From the NCBI GenBank assembly GCA_051362555.1, contig CM120641.1, positions 43,654,401 through 43,718,400 on the forward strand: 64,000 nt of DNA, written 5' to 3'. Origin of the DNA: Lingula anatina. Its lineage: Eukaryota; Animalia; Brachiopoda. The notes under the pieces are model-generated. The model had not been told where the DNA came from. It searched no databases and saw only the letters and a list, made by a program, of their open reading frames with translations. Numbering within the stretch: position 1 is the first letter of the stretch; each line of letters opens with the position of its first letter. Below are positions 15,200 through 29,000 of the stretch, in pieces. The translations under genes and the position numbers were made by a program.

Positions 15200-16276
15200 G
15201 TATGTACATGTTCATATAGGTGGACTTTAGGCGTGGCATAGAGTTGTGTTTATTACGCGTTTGTTTTTGCATTTTGTGTCCATTTGTGACACCAGCCTCT
15301 TAATTTTCAGAGCGTATCGTACAGTATGTGTATATTAATATGTGCGTGCGTGCGTGCGTGCGTGAGTGAGTGAGTGAGTGAGTGCGTTTGTTTGTGTGTA
15401 GTCGCTCTTACATTTAGCCTATGAAAGTCACTTTCAGTTCGTATTACTGTATTTAGACGTTTTAAGGAAGAAATGTTCCTTTCAACTGAACACTTCTTCA
15501 TTACATTATTCATTTTGATCAAACTCCACAATGCGGAGAACTAAAATGGGAGATTTTTATAAAATACGAAATAATAGCCCTATCCACAGTTAGTCCTGCC
15601 CTCAATATATAAGATAACCCTTAGGTTTACATATGTAGCAAATATGATAAGATCCAATAATAACAATCAGATTTAACAACTCAATGATTCAGCATTTTAG
15701 AGGTGCCATAAAAGGGTCCTCCTCAATAGGATTCACTCAACTGATATTAATACCCGCTTCCCTAGGAGAACGAGGTATGTGAATGCTTTTGCGTGTCGTA
15801 CGTGCATGTGCGTGCGTGCGTATCAAGCGGGTGACAGTTTCATTTCAACGCGTCTACATAACAATTTAAGTAGGCCTACATATGAACCCTTTTTTCCTCA
15901 GACTGTGATACTTGTACATGTCTTGTACATGATACTTGTCTTGTACATGTAAAACGCAAGAGGCCGTTTATTAACATAACATTTTCGTGAAATCTCTGTC
16001 ACCCAGGGTCAGTACTACATTTGAAATAGTTGTGATTTCATTAAATATAAAAGATAAGGCAAAATCCTATATGTTAACTTTATGTACTGCACCTTACATG
16101 GTTGCGCAACACTACCTCGCAACTAACAGGTGCAGCAACCGTACAAAAGAAAATTGTAATTACAACTAATAGGCCATGTAAACCACGAATTTTTATTGTT
16201 CTCTTTTACTAATCTCCAAGCTTATTTATTTACAGTTTTCCAGTCCGGATCAAGCGCTTAGTTTCAAACCACCAGA

Positions 16277-19200
16277 ATGTCGAAAACTTTCAAATACACC
16301 TACTTTAATGCGGCCGCTCGCGGAGAGCTGGGCCGTCTAGTATTTGCCGAGGCCGGAGTAGCTTACACAGACAAAAGAGTAGAGTTTGCGGAGTGGGGCG
16401 AACTTAAACCAAGTAAGTTATATAATGATATTATTGATTTCCTAACTGCCCTCATTTATTGATTATTTTTTGTTCAAGATAGTTTGCATTCATGGACTGA
16501 CATGAAATTACTCCCACCAATGTTTGAATGACTTGCATTTTGAATTTTATAGTGCGTTTGCACTAGGTCACTGCTGCGTTACATGCCTTAGCCGCTTTGA
16601 CTGTAAATGAGTTCACAAATCAAACATTAATAACACCAGATATTTGCACATTGTGTCTATAAAGGAGGTGCGTAAAACTACATACATCATATTATAATTA
16701 GTTGTAATATCTGTTTTCCACCTCAAAACGACATGAGTATCGTATCACAAGCATCACTAAATGCGGTTTGTCATAAAGGTACAAATAGCACCTAAATATA
16801 TACAATGAAGTTTTATTGTGGGACGCCTTCTTAAATGAAAGAAAGGGATCATCAGGAGACCCGCTGCGTTTCAGCAAACAAAGGCTACACAGTATACCTT
16901 CTGATATTAGGGGCTTCTAATATAGAATTCGAGATTAAATATGAGCCATACAATAATTTTGTAGCATACTAGTGGCGCACCCTGTGGCCAGAGAGTAACT
17001 CCACCGTATGGCATCTTTTTGAATGCAAAATTTCAGGGCGTGTGCCCCAGTACCTAGGGCTGTACAGGTGGGCTCGAAATGAGCGTCAAACCTTCATGTT
17101 TATGTACCCCAAAAAAGGCTGGAAATGTCAACACATTTCCATTACAAGGCACATCATAACCAAATAGTTGACACAATTACGATCTAAAACTTCGTTTTTT
17201 AGCGCTAGGTTTCTGATTCTTGAGTAACGCTCGGAATAGAGAGGGTAACGGTGAAATAGAAATCTAAAACTCCATACCAGGTTTACACCTAAATAATGAA
17301 GATAAATTATTGAGAAAAATTGACGATTTACCTATATTAAGTTCTACCGTGCAATGTACAGTATACCTATAACCCGTCAAACGACTTGCTACCAACAAAT
17401 ATTTGCACTGCTATACAAACTCTACGCACAGTATCTTAAGCCTACTTGTTGTGGTAACTACCTGTACATTATCCGCAGGGGCGATCCAAGATTATTTGAA
17501 GGGGGGGGGGGGCGGTTTTTAAGAGTGACAGGACATCCGATGCGTATCCGATTCTCGCCCCCTCCCCCATGGAGTGGGGTTCAGGGCCCGCTGAAGGGCC
17601 CCAAAAATATTGTTATTTTAGAGGACGAACGGTGCCATTTGGTACGGTTTAGAACTATGATTCCGCTAGTCAAAATTCTAATTTCAAGAGGGGACCATTG
17701 GTGTGTGTTTTTTTTTTCAGAAATCGAAGGGGGGGGGGGGGGGGGGTCAGGACGCCCCTGACCCCCCCCCCCCCCCCCCACAATCTGCCAATGACCCAGA
17801 CTCTCTGACCAGAGGGTGCACTAGTAGTCTGTTACCAAATGTTACCCATAGTGCTGTTTTGTACAGTATTTTAGTAGGCCCATGATATCATAGGATAACA
17901 AGATTTAATTTAAAAAAAGGACATTTATTATATTCTGATGTTGATTACAGATGCATTCTTTATTCTCAGACACACCATGGGGAAGTCTTCCATATCTTGA
18001 GGTTAATGGGCAACCTATTGGCCAGAGTCTTGCCGTGGCAGAGTATCTCGCTAGGGAATTCAGTAAGTGTAAGAAATAAGATGTGCTTTCCCCCCCCCCC
18101 CCCAGGATTTGAAGGGGGTGCAAATGTAAATAAATGTCTCTGATTGGTCTTTTCATGAAAGACAAAATCAAGTACTGGACAGTTTTAATTAAATAGCACT
18201 TATGAGGTACTAATAGATTAATAATGAAATACAGATATTTCAAAAAGCCAACTTACTGTGTGGGTGGTGAGGACAAAACGGGTTTTACAGTGGAATGTGC
18301 ACGTGCATATGTGTGGGAGGAAACGGATTAAAATAAGATCAAAACATTTAAAATACAGTACATACATACTTAAAGACACAATAAAATAACTTTTTATGCT
18401 CCCTTTGTTGAAGATACTGTACACATTTGCTCTACTGTGGCCGTAAATGAAACAAATGGCATCAGTTGCATATAAATATTTACCAACATTATTTGGGAGG
18501 AATTAATAGTGTGCGAACTTATGGATGTCTGATTACTTTTTTAGAACTTGCTGGAGACACAAGCGAGGAGCAGGCATTATCCACATCAGTGGTGCACGCT
18601 CTGACTGATATCCTGGAAGCTGGCTTCAAGGTCATGTTTGAAAAGGACGAAGCGGCAAAGGTAATTATCACAGGATCCACGCGTCGACCTCGTTTCTGTA
18701 AAATTTTAAAACTTTGATAAATAAATAAATAAATAATCGTATAAGTCTAGCAAGGTCAAAATGGCAAACTGAATCAAGTTTAATTAACAAACACAAACAC
18801 ACTTTTTGAAGTTGTAAATTACTTGTTGGTCTCATTGATTTGAAAATAGGCACCAAAATATGTAGGTAACTTAGAGTCATACTCTATTACAGAGTTTTAG
18901 AGAACTAAAGTGCCACATGTGTATTTTTAAGTAACGTTGTAGGCTGGGCTGTGGAAAAAGACGAAGCTACACAAGAATGTTATGTGCAGCCGGCATTCAC
19001 TCCCAATTTTGTAGAAATGGATATACTCATTTTGCAATTTTCTAACTTTTAAAGGCTAAACTTGTAGAAAGTGGCAAAGAGACGGTCGAAAAGATCCTGG
19101 GAGGGGTGAACAAAATACTTGGCAATAAAGCATTCATCGTTGGGCAAAAGGTGAGTGATAACATTATCCAAATGTATATGGTACACAACATTGGTGGATT

Positions 19201-19512
19201 ACATTTTCTGTGATACATTCTTATTCGATAATAGAAATAAGGCACTTGGCTACCACGTGGTAGGCATATTCATCGTTTCTTGAAAAAAAAAGATGTGCAT
19301 TATGTAATAAAATGACCTTAACTCTTATGTTATTACTATTCTAGATGACGTACGCAGATTTGGCCCTTCTCAACGTGGCCCTGCAGTCCCCAAACCATGG
19401 GATTGGATTCTCCTTAGACAAATACCCAAACCTGAAAAAACTCGTGGAGAAAGTCAAGGAGTCCAAAAATATCAAAAAGTATCTGGCAGAAAGGCCCGTG
19501 ACCCAGTTTTAG
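16277..19512 (+). CDS. Glutathione S-transferase, sigma class-like (paralog 1), about 202 aa
   Basis: Exons 16277-16412, 17970-18062, 18545-18660, 19055-19150, 19345-19512, all GT-AG with consistent phases (609 nt). Translation MSKTFKYTYFNAAARGELGRLVF...WGELKPNTPWGSLPYLEVNGQPIGQSLAVAEYLAREF...GQKMTYADLALL...YPNLKKL...YLAERPVTQF* shows the catalytic Tyr, cis-Pro LP, QS motif, N-capping T..D and the C-terminal RP motif. Confidence 0.93.
17477..17793. mobile_element. Probable small GC-rich interspersed repeat/MITE in GST1 intron
   Basis: GC-rich island beginning CAGGGGCGATCCAAG with poly-G runs and ending in the hairpin GGGGTCAGGACGCCCCTGACCCC followed by AATCTGCCAATG. The inverted termini are degenerate and no clear TSD is visible. 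Confidence 0.45.
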
Positions 19513-19930
19513 GCCCAAAGAGACTCTGTCGTCTAACACAGGGGAAATTTAGTTTACCAAAAGGAATATAAGTAACAATGACATAGGAAGATTATAGTAT
19601 ACGTGTACCAAAAAGGAGTGCCAGTTAATGCGAAAGGAATGACTGAATCGCGTATAAAAGATATGCTGTTTCAAAGGAATATGAATATATATAGTAGCAT
19701 ACGTAACAGGTGTTTTCTCTTTAGTGTCTCTTTCTCTAGTCTTAACCTCCCTGTTTCGGAAATCTGCTGAACACGGGGTAACAATCCTTGTCTTTACTTG
19801 TACAACTTAACGCACGTAAGAGATAACTGAAAACATAAGGCTCTTGCAGTGTAAAATCTGCGTATCCATTTATCTTTGGGCAGTTCACGTCAGTTAAAAC
19901 GTGTAGGCCTAACTGTAGTGCCCTCGTTAA

Positions 19931-20152
19931 TACCCCCTTTACACTGGACGGCGTCCTTTCTGCGTCCTTTCTGCGACCATGAAATTTGACATCGCTGTGG
20001 TTTTAATAAGGAGGCACGAGCATTGATTTTGTATCAGAATGAATGCTCAATGATCGGCCAGTTGTCGGCACGTAAAGCATTATAATTTTTTAACTCTCAA
20101 ATAGGGCCTTACTGCTGGACGCAGAAAGGACGCCGTCCGGTGTAAAGGGGGC
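19931..20152. mobile_element. MITE with about 35-bp terminal inverted repeats
   Basis: CCCCCTTTACACTGGACGGCGTCCTTTCTGCGTCC ... GGACGCAGAAAGGACGCCGTCCGGTGTAAAGGGGG, flanked by TTAA on both sides. Confidence 0.8.
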
Positions 20153-21574
20153 TTAATAAATTTTCAATTAGAACGTGAAATATGTATTTTGTTGGAAAAT
20201 TTTACGTGACTTAAGCGCTATAGTTATGCTACTACACCTTACAAACGCAGAAATTTATCCTTAAGTGTACCTTGATCACAATGACAGAGAACACCAAAGT
20301 CAAACATGCACAATAACCATTTATATAGCAAATATACGCAAAGAGAAAGGAATACATATCGCGCGAGTATATTGATCAAAAGCGCTGCACTCCAAAATTT
20401 TGGATCAATAAACATGGGACGTCTATACACGTAACCATGAACCTCTTCTTAATGTTGGGACCGATTTTTATTTGAATTGTTCGAGAGGACTAAAGGCCTG
20501 AACCGTTAATAGCAATTATAACATCACAATGTTTGCTTGACAAACTTTTGAGCTTATGATATAACTTGTATTGGCATAAGGAGCCGAATACACATCAGTT
20601 GTAGATCAATATCGAAAAGCCAAGTGAATCGTTATGAAATGAGAATGCCTTTTTGACAAAAACATGCAACCATGCAATTAGTAACAATATAAACGAAAAC
20701 ATACATTAAAAGAAACAACAATAATACAGAATCAAGTAATCATGGATAATACCCGCACTTTTTTGTGCTGATCGCTATATAAATAATTTTTATACCATCA
20801 TTTTATTCGACTGGGAAACCAATCGATATCCTTGGTGTCTGCAAACATCTTTGGTAAAAAATAAAATGTGCTTTTATTAGCAGATCGAATGTAAACTTAA
20901 GTATTATTTCGAGTTACAAAAGTGACAGACAGCATTTTTGACAACAATTTGAAACATGTCCTTTATATACTCAGGGTTTATAAGAGTCCGTAGAACATTT
21001 TCAAAGGGGGTTTCAAAATAATAATTCTAGATTTAAAACACAAAATTGAGAGCTCTTGTGACTTACAGGTTATCATTTAAATGACAGGCATACTCGTACA
21101 TTTTTGGCAAATATACCTATTTTTCATGCAACACGTGCCAGTGCACATTAATTAGCGTGTGAACTGTATTCGCACACGCAATTGTGTGCAAGTACACATT
21201 CTTTGCCAGACTTACACTACAATTCTTACTCGTGCAAGCTTATACAATAGGGTGAGTGTCATTTAGGTAAAAAGTAAACACAACCCCTCATTTTCATATT
21301 ACTATATCAACTAAACAATATTGGCACACGGATTTCGATCTTTTATTCACGCCCTGTTATATGACCACTGATCTGGTTCTATTTACACTTATTCTCTACG
21401 ACGTTGGCAATATAGCTTAATATATAAGTTAATCCCTATTGCCATGGTGATTTTACATGTCAAATCGGTGGACAATTCAGCATTTCATTTATGTAAATGG
21501 AGGCATGATAATTATATATAGTTTAATTTTTTCCTAATATTAATTCAGCGATGGCTATTCTGATGAAAACAATT

Positions 21575-21665
21575 TGCATTGTCATATTTATCCTTGCGAC
21601 ATACTCTGGTGCGTGGGATGATTGTGCAATGTCATAATGACGCTGCAAGTTTTAGCTATATAAAA
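21575..21665 (+). promoter_or_regulatory. GST2 promoter: cluster of antioxidant response elements plus TATA box
   Basis: RTGACnnnGCA matches at 21575-21585 (-), 21625-21635 (-) and 21637-21647 (+); TATATAAAA at 21657. Confidence 0.65.
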
Positions 21666-21872
21666 GAAGTCCACTTCATAAGAGGCCCCGTTTGTGACCT
21701 GTTGTCATAATAAAGCACGCGTTAAGTAGTACTGCACACACCTTCAAATATAGCAAAATTTTGTTCAATACCGGCCGTTAAACCATTCGCTGCGTCCACA
21801 CTCCCCATTTCTAAAACTAATTATTTCAGATAGCGATAATTGCAATCAAGCTATCGTCCTCTAACCTTAAAC

Positions 21873-24536
21873 ATGCCGTACAAATTTACTTACTTCAACG
21901 GGGCAGCTCGTGGAGAGTTGAGCCGTCTGGTGCTTGTTGCTGGCGGTCAAGAATTCACAGATAACAGAATAGAGTTCTCGCAATGGCCAGCTCTTAAACC
22001 AAGTAAGTAATACAAATTGTTAAATGAGATAGTTTGTCCATATTGATGATGTTTGCTTGTTTAATGATGAATGTCTTGGGTTTCACTTACTTCTTGATGT
22101 AATATTACATAGTATTGTTGTTGTAAACAAATCTTTTGCAATAAAAATATAGATAGGAGCGATTTTGAAGCGAAATTTACGTCTGGTTATGTTCATATGG
22201 TTTATTGTGTTACATCTCGCAAATACCACAGTTCATTTGACTCTTTCATGTTTTGGTTAAACAAATTGTCAATATACAAACTAATTACTAAATTTGAGGC
22301 ACAGAGGCATTAAAACACACAAAACAATGTGCTTGTGTAAGGAAAGAAAACAGTATTTAATCTTATCTATTTTTCCTAGTAGAATAATGTATCCTATAGA
22401 CCATGCAAACTTAAAATATGTTTCCCTGTTATTATTTTACTAAATATTATTAGAAAAAACAACCCTGCTATTAAATAGAAATGCTGGAAATAGAATAAGT
22501 TTTGTGGTCAATTGGAGAGAAATCAGTGGCGTGCCATACATGGGACAATCTAGCTTCAAATACCGGTATGGGGTCATTACCGGGGACTAACGGCAGGGAC
22601 TGTGTTAGGTGTACATTAACATTCCCATATACCTTTTCAGGCACGCCATGGGGAACTCTTCCGGTCCTGGAGGTTGATGGGAAGGTCATAGGTCAGAGTG
22701 GAGCAGTGGCAGGTTATCTCGCGAGAAAATTAGGTAAGTCTGACAAGGTGTGCGCTTCTGAGTTACATGTGCAATAAAATGTATAACATAAGTGTAGGGA
22801 TAATAATGTATAGTGGGAGTTAAGTGGCTAGAATATGATTGTTCGCTGTGTGTCTATACTAGAACTGTGATGAGGGAACGGTTTCAAGGAAGACCTTAGG
22901 TGCGGAAAGCTGGTTTTAGCATTTAGAAATGGAGGTCCATTTCAATCGTAGTTAAATCCATTATTTTGAAATAATGAAGAAAGTATTTGTCAAAAGCACT
23001 GACACTTAATTTCTTTTAATCAAACAGGCGCAATGTTCAATTAAAGTGCGTGCGCCACTACCAACTAATCTTGGGTCAAAACAGAATAAATTCTTGGTCT
23101 TCTTTCGTTCTAAGTTCTTTAAAGAAAAAGAAAAAAAACAAGATAGACGCCCATAGTTGCCATGAGCATCGGTGCTCGAACGAAGGCCAGGCGACCATGT
23201 GCTCTTACGGTGCTGCATTTGACAGGAATAAATGTGTTTTTTTAAGAAAGTAGAGCTAAAATAGTCTGATGCTTCTATTGTTACAGTATGTAACACTTGT
23301 AAACGTACTGGTACATGCCAAATATAATAAATATAAAGAATTAATAGCTCAAAACATGTACTTGGCAATATATTACTGAAAACACGAACGGATGTTAAAT
23401 CTGGGAATCGTACAAAATAAACTGGTTCAGCCCATTGTCATGGGCTGAACGATTGTAAGAAGTAGCGAGTAAAATTAGAAAATGACGGGAAACAGGCAAA
23501 TATTAGGGAAGCGTTTGGACAACCTGCTCTTTCATCAAAGTGTTATAAATAAGGGAAAAAAGTTGGCAGTTAAATAAAACGTGTGTGTACCCCAGTACTG
23601 TGCTTGTGGAGAGAACTTGCGCCTTTATCATTTGATCATCTCAAATTAAAACATCCAAATGTTTTTGTCAATGTAGGTCTTGCTGGAGCGACTAACGAGG
23701 AGCAGGCATTATCCACATCAGTGGTACAAGCCCTGACTGATATCCTGGAAGCTGGTTTTAAGGTGGTGTTTGAAAAGGACGAGGCAGTAAAGGTGATTAT
23801 GACAACATCTGCTAGGTGTCCTCTTTTCTAATTTACTTCACTGTGCAACGTAGAAGTATATTGGTAGCGGAATGCTGTTGTATTACTGTAAAAAGGGGAA
23901 TGCATGCTTATCACATAAACTCATTTATGACTTAGCTGATTAATACCAAAAATGCAGCATATACAAACTGATTTTTTTATTAAAATGCCGTGCATTTTTC
24001 ATACTTCTGCAGATAATAGGAACATCTATCTGCAGCAGTACTTAACTTTTTTTAAATATCTTGTTACAATTCTTTCAGGCCAAAGCTATCGAAAGTGCCG
24101 TTGAGACAACCGAAAAGATTTTGTCTGGAGTGGAGAAAATTCTCGGCGACAAGGAGTTCATTGTTGGGGATAAGGTAATGCTGACAACCTGACAACAGAA
24201 TGTCATTCTACTGAAAACTTATCAAAATTGTAGATATGTGTGATTGTGTGTGTTATTTTACATCTTCATAAATTTAAAAAAGTAAATAAAAACATAATTC
24301 ACCAGTACTGGTACTTGATTATTGTTCTTCTTATCACTTTATTATTATTATTATTATTATTATTTTAGATGACTTTTGCAGACCTGGCCCTTCTCAATAT
24401 CTCCCTGCAGTGTCCCAAACATGGGATTAACTTCTCGCTGGACAAACACCCAAAACTCCAAGAGGTAGTGAAACGAGTCCAGAAAAATGGGAAAATCGCT
24501 CAATACCTGAAAACCAGACCTGTTACAGAGTTGTAG
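21873..24536 (+). CDS. Glutathione S-transferase, sigma class-like (paralog 2), about 200 aa
   Basis: Exons 21873-22002, 22641-22733, 23677-23792, 24079-24174, 24369-24536 (603 nt), with the same intron positions as paralog 1. Translation MPYKFTYFNGAARGELSRLVL...WPALKPSTPWGTLPVLEVDGKVIGQSGAVAGYLARKLG...GDKMTFADLALL...YLKTRPVTEL*. AATAAA at 24640. Confidence 0.93.
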
Positions 24537-24600
24537 ACAATAGGAGGCGCTGGTGTCGTATATTTGATGATTTAGTAGTACAATTATGGATATCAAAAGG

Positions 24601-25991
24601 ACTATCACACAATCTGAAAAATTGATTGAACTGTCCGTGAATAAAAGTTCTCACTTTTAATTCATAAGGGTTCTACAATGTAGGGTTGACAATCTAAAAC
24701 TACTAGTATAACTCTCGACTTATTTCATTGTAAAGCCCTTTCACATTCGTCCAAATAAGTACTTTGAAAGACAAACATCAATAACGTGAACTCATTTCCC
24801 ACCACATACTGTTTACCTGTACCTGTGCATATCTATTTAGAAACATTTTCAAATGGATAGTTTTTTAATTTTCATTTTTTTCAACACAAACAAGCATACC
24901 GTTACGAATGTAATCACGTATATATTTGGTACTTATCCGTCAGTTACCACACAACTTGGAAGTTGAAAAGTGTATAAAAGAATGAAAAAACTATCAAATT
25001 TACTCTAAAATATATTGCATAGCCCGTGATAACAAGATAGATTTTGAATATTGTGTTCGCATTTTCGAGGATATCTTTAGGATGACTTAAATGTACATGT
25101 AAACAAACATATAACATTGATTTAAAATGCCTTCGATCTTCTAGATCTTGACTATGGTTTTGGAGGATGATTGAAAAATATGTCCTTTGCAATAAAGGTA
25201 AAGTTTCTTTGTCGTGTTTGGCGTTCAGAACGAACATCGAGATTCGCTTTGTTAGAATTTATTGGAATAAATATATTTGTAATACATGTATTCCTTAGAC
25301 GAGAGAATAGTAATAAAAATGAAAACATGTGAGAGTGATTTGTTTAATTTGTTTTGTTGTGTCTATGCGTTCAGTTACATGTACCATGTGTCCACAGAGT
25401 TGAGATTTAAACTGTGAATATTATGCTTATAACTTCGGTTGAAATTGTAAGATAAATGAGGCGAGAAAAGTGCTTTGTTTACAAATACGTCCTGTTTTAT
25501 CTTCAATAAAAATACATAATTTAGTTAATATTTGCTTGTGAAAACGTCAAGCAAAATAAGTCAATGGCGCCGAGAAAATTCAACATTCTATGCACGGTCG
25601 AAGTCTTGCCTGTTGTCATGTTGTTAATAGACCAAAGACCAGTTTTTGCATCACTGATTTAATTTCACTGGTTCACATAAGGTAATATTGCGAGTTAATT
25701 AAGCTACCGTTAGCTTATTCCTGGTCTAAAAAAACCCTGCAAAGATTCAATAGCCCAGGGAACTACTCGGTTGGTACATGACTGTTCCTTGTCTGACCGA
25801 GTTCGGGTGTCAGTTGGATTTTATTAATTTTTAAAAAAGGTTTCATTAAATTTCGGAAATAATAAACTTAAAATATATGAGGTTTGGTGGACACGAACCG
25901 GTAGGATAAAATAAAATAAGTGGATGTATTTTGAGTTTAGAATTTCTACTTCGGTAACCCTTATACATATTTTTGACATTATTAGAAGGTG

Positions 25992-26030
<39 letters not shown>

Positions 26031-29000
26031 GCAAGTTGATAAGGAAAATGTCAATTTCCCAAAGTCAATTCCCATAACAAAAACAATTAAAGGGATAATA
26101 ACTCTCCGTTTCAGCCAAAAAATGAATTTTCCTGGAGTAAACAACAATTTTCCCATACTTACCAATGGTTAATGAATCCATTTTTACATTCAAAGTTAGT
26201 CCCTGGTTTTTTTCTAAAAAGGTTGGTTTTTTTGTTAAAATCTCTTAAGAGATTTTAACAGAGTATAGCCATCAATGGAGGTCACGTGGTCTAAATACAA
26301 GCTCAGATATCAGAAAAAATAGCTATAACTGCCGTTTTGTGGTAAAACAAAATATATTATATTTCTATGAGTTATTCACAATGTTTTTATTGTGAAATAT
26401 AGATATCATACGAAGAGTTATTATTCCTTTAAATAGTCTCACTGGCATAGTATATGGCCTATTTATTTACAGATCCTTTTTAAAAGGTGCTACGCGAAGT
26501 CCACCATTATTCTATACGTTAATGTATCTTGTAGAGAAACATTGGTAATCAAAATTCTAGCGCTATCTGTCGTATGATTTATGCCCCATATTGCGTCATT
26601 TTCTGCTGGATCCAGTCCAAGTAGTTGACAACTTTAGTGTACACACCTGGCTTTCTGCGACCTAAATAATACAAATATTTATTTTGAAAAATACATTTAT
26701 AATTACAAAATTATATATAATATGGTTAAATAGATAATATTATTTAAAAGACAAAAATAATATGTATATGTATGACTATTTATCCAATGCTATATATAAT
26801 ATAAATATATGCAAATTATCAAGCTCTCTCTATATAAACGGTATAAGTAACAGCTGGATCACCTACCTGCACAACCTTTGCCCCAAGACGTGATACCATG
26901 TAGCTCAAATTTCCCGCCTGACTTGCACACCAAGGGCCCACCACTGTCACCCTTTAAACATAAATTCAATGATCATGATTAAAAATTTGAAACTGAATTT
27001 AAGTTTTATGTTTTTTAGCTCTCTTTCTGTCTTTCTCTTTCGCGCGCACGCAATTTATTGTTTAGTGTTGATTTTTGCTTAATTTTTCAGTTAAATTTCA
27101 GTAATTGGTTTGTTTGCTATTCTGATGAAGTAAATTCCTCTCTTACAACCCCTCTTCAACCTTCAAAACGCAAATATGCGGTATCGTACTGGTATTTGTA
27201 TTTATGAAGATGTAAGTTTGAATACGTCACTAATACGCACACTTCTTGGTGCAAATATGTTCTTTTATGCGTCCTTTCCAATATGTTGAAAATGACTTCG
27301 TTCGCCCAAAGTTATGCGTGAAATTGATTTCACATACGATATTCATTCGCTTCTTTATAAGCTAGAGTGTAACGTGCTTCTACAAATTTCCCGCCTGCTT
27401 TTGAGAAGCACTTTGGTAAGGTTAGTTTCCGGTGGCACCGTACATATCTAATATGTTTTTTCATCTGCATTCAGATCTGATATTCTAAAAACAGCCAGCC
27501 CATTCCTCAAAAAACACAAGCACATGTGATTCAGAACACGCATTTACACACTAACACACACATATAAACTTCATCTACAGCACACATCCACAAGCATGTA
27601 CAACATGCGCTCATATTCACAAAAGCTCACACGGGTTGACGCACATGCACACACGCCAGCGCACATGACTTACCTGGCAAGCATCATGGCCGCCAGCCTC
27701 GTAACCAGCGCAGATCATATTGCCGGTGACGACACTGATATCCCTGTACCAGCTGTTACACGTTTGCCTTTTAACGATGGGCACCAATGCTTGCTTCAAC
27801 ACACCAGAGTTTCCAGTGCCTAAAGTACGCATACAGATATGAATAATTACACATGCGGGAAACTACGCATGTGGAAAAGACCACAAAAAGATTTGTGGAT
27901 TTGTATGAGACGTATATGGGTAATTAGAAAGACTAATTTGGATGTTTATGCAGGCAGATAAATACGCAGAAGTATGTGGATAATTTATCAATCGCATAAT
28001 CAAAGTATATACCTTCAGTATGTTATGATTTAAAAAACACATCTTAATAAAGGGCAGCATAATAGGAATATGAATCTACTAACACTAGATAGTAAACCCA
28101 AACTAGATGATTACTTGAATGAAAAGTTCCCGGACGTTTTAACAAAAGAACTTAAGCCCAAAACGTGTTGTTCACTTTTACAATCGAATATTTTGTCTTT
28201 GTCAAAACAGAACAAATCCACAGTACTCTACGTAAATAAAATAACCATGAGTCTAAATAGACGTTATTTCTTTCCCTTTATAAAACAGGAGCGATATCGC
28301 ATTTTAGTATACTACTGGTTATCGTGGGTCAAAGTTAATAATACAAACTTTAGTCAATATGTTAAGACCAACTTTGAGTCTACTTTTCTTGATTTAATAT
28401 AATTATATTACCGAGCACGATTCCCCAGCCTGACACGTAACAAAAAGTGTTATCAGCGGCCACGGTCGTGGGTAGGCAGACGGGATGGACACGGTCAGAG
28501 AGAGTGACCGGCTTGGCCAGCTTGAAGAGGGTGATGTCATTGTCCCAAATGGAGTGGTCGTAATTCTCATGACGGATCAGCGTCTGAACCTGGACAATCT
28601 CCTCGTCAGGGTCGTTGTACTTTCTGTGTTTTCCGGCAGAGATGGACCAGTACCTTGGACTCAAGTTCCTAAAATTTTACAATGAAATGATAACTACACT
28701 CAAGATATAACCCTTATTGATGATTATGGAACCGTATATAGATTGTAGTTGTGTTTTTATCCGTTGAAAATACTGTTTTGAAAATATTTTCCATCCGCGG
28801 GCAGCGATTGTTGTGTTTGTGCATGCAAGTGCGTCAAATGTATGTGTATCAGAATAAAAAAGAACTGCGTTGTGACAGACTGTTATACCAAAGAAAAAAA
28901 TAAGTGCTTACCGCTCTTCCAAACAATGAGCGGCAGTAGCGACCCACTGGTCAGAGATCAGACTTCCACCACAGATGTGCGAGCCTCTGTAACGCACGGA

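Noticed and set aside
808-15531. Dozens of 60-100 aa ORFs in the ORF track
   Set aside because: They have no recognisable domains, often use non-ATG starts and have low-complexity composition, as expected by chance in AT-rich eukaryotic DNA.
17354-17885. Gly/Pro-rich ORFs
   Set aside because: They are translations of poly-G/poly-C runs of an intronic repeat inside GST1.
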